Shown here one piece after another: positions 10,431-15,002 of a DNA stretch of 15,729 nt; the stretch's first letter is position 1, and each line of letters begins with the position of its first letter. This DNA comes from an uncultured Polyangiaceae bacterium (GTDB lineage Bacteria; Myxococcota_A; Polyangia; Polyangiales; Polyangiaceae): assembly GCA_964437785.1 (NCBI GenBank), contig CAYTJL010000046.1, positions 16,610 to 32,338 on the forward strand. Reading direction: 5' to 3'. The notes under the pieces were generated by a model. It searched no databases. It saw nothing but the letters and a program-made list of their open reading frames with translations, and was not told the origin of the DNA. Made by a program: the position numbers and the translations under genes.

Positions 10431-10506
10431 GGCCCGTTCATCTAGCGGTCAGGATCCTGGTCTTTCAAACCAGTGTGGAGGGGTTCGACTCCCCTACGGG
10501 CTACCA
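10431..10506 (+). tRNA. tRNA-Glu(TTC), CCA encoded
   Basis: Acceptor GGCCCGT/ACGGGCT (G1:U72). The D arm has the Glu-type 3-bp stem, ATC-TAGCGGTCAG-GAT. Anticodon stem CTGGT/ACCAG with loop CTTTCAA; T arm AGGGG-TTCGACT-CCCCT; discriminator A followed by CCA (10504-10506). Confidence 0.85.
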
Positions 10507-10531
10507 TCTTCTTCTCTCCTTCTTCTCTCAC

Positions 10532-10606
10532 GGGTTGTGAGCAAGTCCGGTGATTCTGCGCGGAGCTGAAGCCTCCGAGAACCTGGTTCGACTCCAGGAC
10601 AACCCA
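10532..10606 (+). tRNA. tRNA-Phe(GAA)
   Basis: Acceptor GGGTTGT/ACAACCC; anticodon stem CGGAG/CTCCG with loop CTGAAGC; T arm CCTGG-TTCGACT-CCAGG; discriminator A. The D arm is oversized (19 nt, stem GCA(A)/(C)TGC) and position 8 is G. Confidence 0.7.
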
Positions 10607-10610
10607 CCTT

Positions 10611-10682
10611 CGAGACGTAGCCTAGTGGAAAGGCGCCTCATTTGGGGTGAGGAGCTCGCCGGTTCGATTCCGGCCGTCTCGA
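10611..10682 (+). tRNA. tRNA-Pro(TGG)
   Basis: Acceptor CGAGACG/CGTCTCG (C1:G72, typical of bacterial tRNA-Pro); D arm GCCT-AGTGGAA-AGGC; anticodon stem CCTCA/TGAGG with loop TTTGGGG; T arm GCCGG-TTCGATT-CCGGC; discriminator A. Confidence 0.88.
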
Positions 10683-10742
10683 CCGCTGAACCCATAACCA
10701 TCGCCCGCGACGAGCGGGCCGACACCGATAAAGGAGGACACC

Positions 10743-12374
10743 ATGGTGAGCTATGCCAAGCACTTCACGGCGCTCTTCACGCCGCAGCGGGAGAAGGCCC
10801 GTTCGGATCAGGTGAAGAACAACGCCGGAGGGTTCGTGTTCGAGCTCGGCCTCTGGCCCAAGCTCGATCGGTGGCTCATCCTCGGGTGCGAGGGTGGGTC
10901 GTATTACGCGACCGAGCGCGCGATGACCCTCGACAACGCAAAGACGGTCCTCGCGTGCTTGGCCAAGGACGGCCTCCGCACCGTCGCGCGCATCGTCGAG
11001 GTGAGCCGCGACGGGCGCGCGCCCAAGAACGCTCCCGCGGTGTTCGCGCTCGCCATGGCCTCCGCGGACACCGCCATTGACGTCCGCCGCGCGGCGCTCG
11101 CGGCGATCCCCGAGGTGTGCCGCACCGGTACGGATCTCTTCCACTTCGTCCGCGACGTGGAGGGCTTTCGCCGTTGGGGCCGCGGTCTCCGCAAGGCGGT
11201 CGCGGCGTGGTACAACGACAAGCCCATTCAGAGGCTCGCGTACCAGGCCCTCAAGTACCGCTCCCGCGACGGGTGGAGCCACCGTGACGTGCTGAGGCTC
11301 GCTCACCCCACGGCGCCGACACCGGAGCACCAGGCGCTTTATCGCTGGATCACCGGCGGTATGGAGGGGCTCCTCAAGGAGCCCACGAAGGGCGCGCCGG
11401 TCGAGCTCGACAAGCTGCCTGCGATGGTCACCGCGTTCGAGGCGCTCCAGGCGTCCAAGGACAAGAAGACCACGTTGGCGCTCATCCGGGAGCACCGTTT
11501 CACCCACGAGATGCTGCTCACCGAGTGGAAGAACGATCCCGACGTCTGGGAGGCGCTGCTCGAGGACATGCCTTTGACAGCGCTCCTCCGCAACCTCGGG
11601 AAGATGACCGCGGTCGGCCTCTTTGGCTCGTTCTCGTCCACGACGCGCAGGGTCGCGCGGCAAATCACGGACGCTCCGCGGCTCAAGAGGTCTCGTGTCC
11701 ACCCGGTCGCGCTGCTCTCGGCCCTCAAGGTCTATGAGCAGGGCCACGGCGAGCGAGCCATGCGGCGCGACAACGCGCTCTCATGGAAGCCCGCGCGCGA
11801 GATCGTGGACGCCTTGAACGACGCGTTTTATCTGTCGTTCAAGACCATCGATCCGACCGGCAAGCGGCACCTCCTGGCGCTCGACGTCTCGGGCTCCATG
11901 TGCGGGGGCACCATCGCCGGCGTCCCCGGCCTCTCCCCCCGCGTGGGGAGCGCGGCCATGGCGCTCGCGACAGCCAAGGTCGAGCCCTTCTATGATGTGG
12001 TCGGGTTCACGGGATCGCTCACGCGGCTCGGGATCTCCGCACATCAAAGGCTCGATGACGTGCTGAAGAGGGTGGATGGCCTGCCCTTCGGGAGCACCGA
12101 TTGCGCCTTGCCGATGATCTGGGCCAAGGAGAACAAGGTCGAGGTCGACACGTTCGTGGTCTACACGGACAACGAGACGTGGTTTGGGAAGGTCCACCCG
12201 TTCCAAGCGCTGCGCGATTACCGCCAGGCGACTGGGCGGGCGGCCAAGCTGGTCGTGGTCGGGATGACCGCCACGGGCTTCACCATCGCAGACCCGTCCG
12301 ACGCAGGGATGCTCGATGTGGTCGGCTTCGACGCGGCAGCGCCCGCGCTGATGGCCGATTTCGCGAGGGCATGA
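10743..12374 (+). CDS. rsr: Ro 60-kDa ribonucleoprotein orthologue (TROVE domain plus vWA/MIDAS domain), Rsr
   Basis: 543 aa with a strong Shine-Dalgarno AAGGAGG (10731-10737) 5 nt before the ATG. By my recollection of vertebrate Ro60, several blocks are near-identical: GCEGGSYY, WSHRDVLRLAHP, MPLTALLRNLGKMTA, GSTDCALPMIWA, VVYTDNETW, GFTIADPSDAGMLDVVGFD. The MIDAS motif is LDVSGSM. The gene starts 60 nt after tRNA-Pro. Confidence 0.95.
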   Translation: MVSYAKHFTALFTPQREKARSDQVKNNAGGFVFELGLWPKLDRWLILGCEGGSYYATERAMTLDNAKTVLACLAKDGLRTVARIVEVSRDGRAPKNAPAVFALAMASADTAIDVRRAALAAIPEVCRTGTDLFHFVRDVEGFRRWGRGLRKAVAAWYNDKPIQRLAYQALKYRSRDGWSHRDVLRLAHPTAPTPEHQALYRWITGGMEGLLKEPTKGAPVELDKLPAMVTAFEALQASKDKKTTLALIREHRFTHEMLLTEWKNDPDVWEALLEDMPLTALLRNLGKMTAVGLFGSFSSTTRRVARQITDAPRLKRSRVHPVALLSALKVYEQGHGERAMRRDNALSWKPAREIVDALNDAFYLSFKTIDPTGKRHLLALDVSGSMCGGTIAGVPGLSPRVGSAAMALATAKVEPFYDVVGFTGSLTRLGISAHQRLDDVLKRVDGLPFGSTDCALPMIWAKENKVEVDTFVVYTDNETWFGKVHPFQALRDYRQATGRAAKLVVVGMTATGFTIADPSDAGMLDVVGFDAAAPALMADFARA

Positions 12375-12380
12375 CCCTCT

Positions 12381-12420
12381 GAGGTGAGCCGCTTGGGCAA
12401 GAGCAGCTCACCTCGTTTAT
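12381..12420 (+). terminator. hairpin 6 nt after the rsr stop (attenuator, processing site or weak terminator)
   Basis: GAGGTGAGC (12381-12389) pairs with GCTCACCTC (12406-12414) and is followed only by GTTTAT. The next tRNA starts at 12421, so read-through or processing is likely. Confidence 0.3.
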
Positions 12421-12493
12421 ACCCCCGAGCCGACCTGGACTCGGAGCCGGTCTCCTAAACCGGAAGAAGCGGGTTCGAATCCCGCCGGGGGTG
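12421..12493 (+). tRNA. tRNA-Arg(CCT), slightly non-canonical
   Basis: Acceptor ACCCCCG/CGGGGGT (A1:U72); D arm CCGA-CCTGGAC-TCGG; anticodon stem CCGGT/ACCGG with loop CTCCTAA; T arm GCGGG-TTCGAAT-CCCGC. Two nt (AG) separate the D and anticodon stems, and position 8 is A. Confidence 0.65.
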
Positions 12494-12499
12494 CCGCAC

Positions 12500-12624
12500 G
12501 CCGTTGTAGCTCAGCCTGGTAGAGCACCTAAAACACCGTCTCTAATGTTTGCCTGCGAGGGCCGGTCAGGGATGGTTATCACTTTTCCAGTGGGATGACG
12601 CGGGTTCAAATCCCGTCAACGGCG
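12500..12624 (+). ncRNA. tRNA-like RNA with ~51-nt expansion between D arm and anticodon-like hairpin
   Basis: It has a canonical acceptor GCCGTTG/CAACGGC, D arm GCTC-AGCCTGGTA-GAGC and T arm GCGGG-TTCAAAT-CCCGT. However, 73 nt (12527-12599) occupy the space of a 22-nt anticodon arm plus variable loop. The only anticodon-like hairpin is ATCAC-TTTTCCA-GTGGG (12578-12594), with a pyrimidine at position 37. Confidence 0.6.
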
Positions 12625-12778
12625 CCGGATAGTAGAAGCCGTCTCATAAATCGTCGCGAGCGCCCCGATCACGTGTCCGAGCGAGAACCGGAGCGGAGAA
12701 TACTCCCGTATTTGAGCACCGGAAGCGCAGCGAGGACACGTCAGCGGGGCGCGCAGCAGATTTATGAGACGGCTTCTA
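12622..12778 (+). ncRNA. 157-nt extended imperfect hairpin with 20-bp perfect terminal helix (candidate Y-RNA-like ligand of Rsr, or MITE-like inverted repeat)
   Basis: TAGAAGCCGTCTCATAAATC (12622-12641) is the exact reverse complement of 12759-12778. Inner helices are GCGCCCCG/CGGGGCGC, ACGTGTCC/GGACACGT and CCGG/CCGG, with apical GGAG-AATA-CTCC. The third helix contains GUCCGA. Confidence 0.55.
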
Positions 12779-13081
12779 GACGATCGCTCGTGGATCGGAG
12801 GGGGTCATCGCGCATCGGGGGATTCGGAGGGCCACAGGTCGCTCCGTCGGGGACAGCCTCGCTCTGACACGTGGACCCGCATCACATGGAGGACGAGACG
12901 TCGCAAGTCCCCTCCTCCGCTCACGTGGCCCTCGCTCACCCCGCTCGCACGATAATCCCCCTCCGCCCACTTCGCTCGCGCTGTTGCAGCACTGTTTTTC
13001 AGGGCGATTCGAGCGATAACGCTGGCTTAATAGATGGCTAGATAAAAAGACGGGTGAAGAAAAAAGAATGAACCAAGTAGG

Positions 13082-13110
13082 TTGACAGAGCGTCTAAGAG
13101 AACATAAAAG
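13082..13110 (+). promoter_or_regulatory. sigma70-type promoter, cassette copy 1 (TTGACA-N17-TAAAAG)
   Basis: TTGACA at 13082-13087 and TAAAAG at 13105-13110, preceded by A-rich tracts (13041-13068). It lies within the ~40-bp repeat 13069-13108, which has a near-identical copy at 13225-13264. The predicted start is at or next to the tRNA 5' end (13118). Confidence 0.6.
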
Positions 13111-13117
13111 ATATCGA

Positions 13118-13190
13118 GTCTTCGATGTGCCCCCGGCGGGGCAGCCTGATTGTCGATCAGGTGAATGGGGTTCGACTCCCCTCGAAGACG
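13118..13190 (+). tRNA. tRNA-Asp(GTC)-like, non-canonical D region
   Basis: Acceptor GTCTTCG/CGAAGAC; anticodon stem CCTGA/TCAGG with loop TTGTCGA; T arm TGGGG-TTCGACT-CCCCT (T:T at 49:65). There is a 3-nt 8/9 linker (ATG) and a G/C-only D hairpin TGCC(C)-CCGGCG-(G)GGCA. Confidence 0.55.
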
Positions 13191-13237
13191 CCGCGAAGAA
13201 AAGAGCAAGGGAGATAAAAAAGAGTGAACCAAATAGG

Positions 13238-13266
13238 TTGACAGAGCGTCTAAGAGAACATAAGAT
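13238..13266 (+). promoter_or_regulatory. sigma70-type promoter, cassette copy 2 (TTGACA-N17-TAAGAT)
   Basis: TTGACA at 13238-13243 and TAAGAT at 13261-13266, preceded by A-rich tracts (13197-13224). The 17-nt spacer GAGCGTCTAAGAGAACA is identical to that of copy 1. Confidence 0.65.
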
Positions 13267-13285
13267 AAGACGCGCTGGGGGACAT

Positions 13286-13356
13286 AGGGTGTAGAGTCAA
13301 GGTGACCGCGGAGCCTCCAAATCTCCGGCGAGAGGGTTCGATTCCTTCACACCCTG
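13286..13356 (+). tRNA. tRNA-Trp(CCA)
   Basis: Acceptor AGGGTGT/ACACCCT (A1:U72) with discriminator G, as I recall for enterobacterial tRNA-Trp. The anticodon loop is CTCCAAA in stem CGGAG(C)/(T)CTCCG; T arm GAGGG-TTCGATT-CCTTC. The D arm is reduced to (A)GTC-AAGGT-GAC(C). Confidence 0.65.
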
Positions 13357-13449
13357 CCGGCGGGCCGGCGCTCGCGCGTTATCGGTGCTCGTGGCACGAG
13401 GTCGGTCGCGCGACGAAACCTCGTCCGTCTTCACGTCACATTGGTGTTT

Positions 13450-13521
13450 GCCCTCGTATGCCTCTGGTGAGGCAGCCTGACTGTCGATCAGGTGAGGGGA
13501 GTTCGATCCTCCTCGGGGGCG
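13450..13521 (+). tRNA. tRNA-Asp(GTC)
   Basis: Acceptor GCCCTCG/CGGGGGC (U5:G68); D arm TGCC-TCTGGTGA-GGCA; anticodon stem CCTGA/TCAGG with loop CTGTCGA; T arm GGGAG-TTCGATC-CTCCT; discriminator G. Confidence 0.85.
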
Positions 13522-13587
13522 CCGGGCCGCGGGCGTTGGGTTATCCTCTTAAGATACCCCCCAGCACCCTTCTTTTGTCCGATCTAT

Positions 13588-13658
13588 GGGGCGGTAATTC
13601 AACGGGAGAAGCTCACACTTGCAATGTGAATATCGGGGTTCGACTCCCCGTCGCTCCA
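13588..13658 (+). tRNA. tRNA-Ala(TGC)
   Basis: Acceptor GGGGCGG/TCGCTCC with the G3:U70 alanine identity pair and discriminator A. Anticodon stem TCACA/TGTGA with loop CTTGCAA; T arm CGGGG-TTCGACT-CCCCG. The D stem ATTC/GAAG has A:G at 10:25. Confidence 0.8.
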
Positions 13659-13672
13659 CCCATGGGCCGATT

Positions 13673-13741
13673 GTGTTGGGTTATCGGTTGATAGCCTGAA
13701 ACGCTGGCCGGGTCAAACCGGCCGTCCCAACACGTATTTTT
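13673..13741 (+). terminator. factor-independent terminator candidate
   Basis: The outer stem GTGTTGGG (13673-13680) / CCCAACAC (13726-13733) encloses the GGCCGG-GTCAAA-CCGGCC hairpin and is followed directly by GTATTTTT (13734-13741). Confidence 0.6.
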
Positions 13742-13773
13742 GCCCAGGTCTCCTTTCAGATATCGTATTTGTC

Positions 13774-13845
13774 GGGACGGTAGTTCAACCGGGAGAATCT
13801 TACCTTCGCAAGGTAGGGATCGGGGTTCGAGTCCCCGCCGCTCCA
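13774..13845 (+). tRNA. tRNA-Ala(CGC)
   Basis: Acceptor GGGACGG/CCGCTCC with G3:U70 (A4:C69 mismatch) and discriminator A; D arm GTTC-AACCGGGA-GAAT; anticodon stem TTACC/GGTAG with loop TTCGCAA; T arm CGGGG-TTCGAGT-CCCCG. Confidence 0.8.
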
Positions 13846-14060
13846 CCGGGACGAGCCGACCTCACGAGCAAGGAGCTCGATGGGAATCGCGTTCGCCCAC
13901 CAACTTCGCCGCCGGGCGCCGGATCCGTTCAATCGGTTCCACTTGTGTTTGTTCCCTGCTCGATTGGAGCAGGTTTCGCTGCCGAGGCCCAGAGAGCGGG
14001 GCGCCCGTTTGGTATGCGGGAGACGGTGAGTGCAATTCTCGCGGGCAGCTCGATAGTAAC

Positions 14061-14131
14061 GCGGTGACAGCTCAACGGTAGAGTGCGGGGTTGCCAGCCT
14101 CGCGGTAGGGGTTCGATTCCCCTTCACCGCA
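14061..14131 (+). tRNA. tRNA-Gly(GCC)
   Basis: Acceptor GCGGTGA/TCACCGC; D arm GCTC-AACGGTA-GAGT; anticodon stem CGGGG/CCTCG with loop TTGCCAG; T arm AGGGG-TTCGATT-CCCCT. Position 8 is C. Confidence 0.8.
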
Positions 14132-14175
14132 CCGATCGGCAGGGCTCTCTCGGCCGATCTCTCGACATACGATAT

Positions 14176-14248
14176 GTGGGCGTTACTCGTCTGGTGACGA
14201 GGGCAGACTGTGACCCTGCGGAGGCGGGTTCAATTCCCGTACGTCCAC
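14176..14248 (+). tRNA. tRNA-His(GTG) with encoded G-1
   Basis: G-1 (14176) lies opposite discriminator C73 (14248). Acceptor TGGGCGT/ACGTCCA; D arm CTCG-TCTGGTGA-CGAG; loop CTGTGAC (A31:C39 mismatch); T arm GCGGG-TTCAATT-CCCGT. Confidence 0.82.
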
Positions 14249-14250
14249 CC

Positions 14251-14272
14251 GGGCCCATGGAAGCATGGGCCC
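14251..14272 (+). other. perfect 9-bp hairpin with GAAG tetraloop in a tRNA spacer
   Basis: GGGCCCATG-GAAG-CATGGGCCC immediately 3' of tRNA-His. No T-tract follows. Confidence 0.6.
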
Positions 14273-14421
14273 TCAACCAAGCAACCGAGGAGAGGAGGCT
14301 CTTATGAAGCTCATGAAGCTGCGCGCCTGGATTGTCCGGTTCTGCCCTCCTGCTCCCCATTCCGACCCTCACCCCCCAACGAAGCGCGGGGGGTGAGGGC
14401 TCCTCCAACGAAGCACCCCAA

Positions 14422-14495
14422 GCGGGCATGGTCTATTGGCTGGGCCTCGGGCTTCCAACCCGGTGAAGTGGGTTCAATTCCCTCTGTCCGCTCCA
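14422..14495 (+). tRNA. tRNA-Gly(TCC), CCA encoded
   Basis: Acceptor GCGGGCA/TGTCCGC; D arm GTCT-ATTGGCT-GGGC; anticodon stem TCGGG/CCCGG with loop CTTCCAA; T arm GTGGG-TTCAATT-CCCTC (T:T at 50:64). Discriminator T is followed by CCA (14493-14495). Confidence 0.78.
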
Positions 14496-14505
14496 CATCA
14501 CGATT

Positions 14506-14574
14506 GAGCCGGTCCTCAGGCGAGGGACGTGGTCTGCAAAACCGTTTCTCCGGGTTCGATTCCCGGTCGGCTCT
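14506..14574 (+). tRNA. tRNA-Cys(GCA) with miniature D arm (69 nt)
   Basis: Acceptor GAGCCGG/TCGGCTC with discriminator T (U73 is the Cys identity base); loop CTGCAAA in stem GTGGT/ACCGT; T arm CCGGG-TTCGATT-CCCGG. The D region is T-CCTC-AGGC-GAGG-GAC, a 4-bp stem with a 4-nt loop. Confidence 0.65.
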
Positions 14575-14627
14575 CTGGAGGTCTCCGCCGCTCACGGCTG
14601 CTCGACGTGAAGGGCGGTGACCTCTGC

Positions 14628-14697
14628 GCCTCCGTCCCAGGGATGGGCGGGTCGTCTTCTAAACGACCGCACGCGGGCTCGACTCCCGCCGGGGGCT
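14628..14697 (+). tRNA. tRNA-Arg(TCT) with miniature D arm (70 nt)
   Basis: Acceptor GCCTCCG/CGGGGGC; anticodon stem GTCGT/ACGAC with loop CTTCTAA; T arm GCGGG-CTCGACT-CCCGC, with C rather than T at position 54. The D region is T-CCCA-GGGA-TGGG-CGG. Confidence 0.65.
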
Positions 14698-14723
14698 CTC
14701 TCGATAGACTCGTCTCTCTCTTT

Positions 14724-14796
14724 GTCCCTATCTGCTAACGGCTCAGGCGACTGGATTCTCGATCCAGGGATGCGGGTTCGAATCCCGCTGGGGACG
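14724..14796 (+). tRNA. tRNA-Glu(CTC)
   Basis: Acceptor GTCCCTA/TGGGGAC; Glu-type D arm TGC-TAACGGCTCAG-GCG; anticodon stem CTGGA/TCCAG with loop TTCTCGA; T arm GCGGG-TTCGAAT-CCCGC; discriminator G. Confidence 0.8.
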
Positions 14797-14802
14797 CCGC
14801 GC

Positions 14803-14862
14803 GCGCCTCGTCAATCGACGACGCGCCCGCTCTTTGACAATCGAACGGCTCATCGCGATCGT
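14803..14862 (+). promoter_or_regulatory. hairpin plus TTGACAATCGA promoter-like junction module (copy 2)
   Basis: A hairpin at 14803-14826 (10 positions, one C:C mismatch) is followed by TTGACA (14834-14839), a 17-nt spacer, GATCGT and CACGCGATGGG. It parallels the module at 10083-10141. The -10 match is poor. Confidence 0.3.
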
Positions 14863-14880
14863 CACGCGATGGGCCAAAGA

Positions 14881-14955
14881 CGGAGTGTGGCTCAGCCTGG
14901 CAAGAGCGTCTGTCTGGGGGACAGAAGATCGCCGGTTCGAATCCGGCCACTCCGA
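14881..14955 (+). tRNA. tRNA-Pro(GGG)
   Basis: Acceptor CGGAGTG/CACTCCG (C1:G72); D arm GCTC-AGCCTGGCAA-GAGC; anticodon stem TCTGT/ACAGA with loop CTGGGGG; T arm GCCGG-TTCGAAT-CCGGC; discriminator A. Confidence 0.88.
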
Positions 14956-15002
14956 CCCCGCGCGGTCCGCGCGCGGGAGAAGGCACGGGACTCGCCCGCT
15001 CA

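Noticed and set aside
10638-11747. 369-aa minus-strand ORF antisense to rsr
   Set aside because: The rsr frame matches Ro60 over its full length. The antisense product is Arg/Leu/Glu-rich with no motif.
12527-12577. Possible intron in the tRNA-like gene at 12500-12624
   Set aside because: At about 51 nt it is far too short for a group I intron. It lies between position 26 and the anticodon stem rather than in the anticodon loop, and I found no bulge-helix-bulge motif. I kept it as a structural expansion instead.
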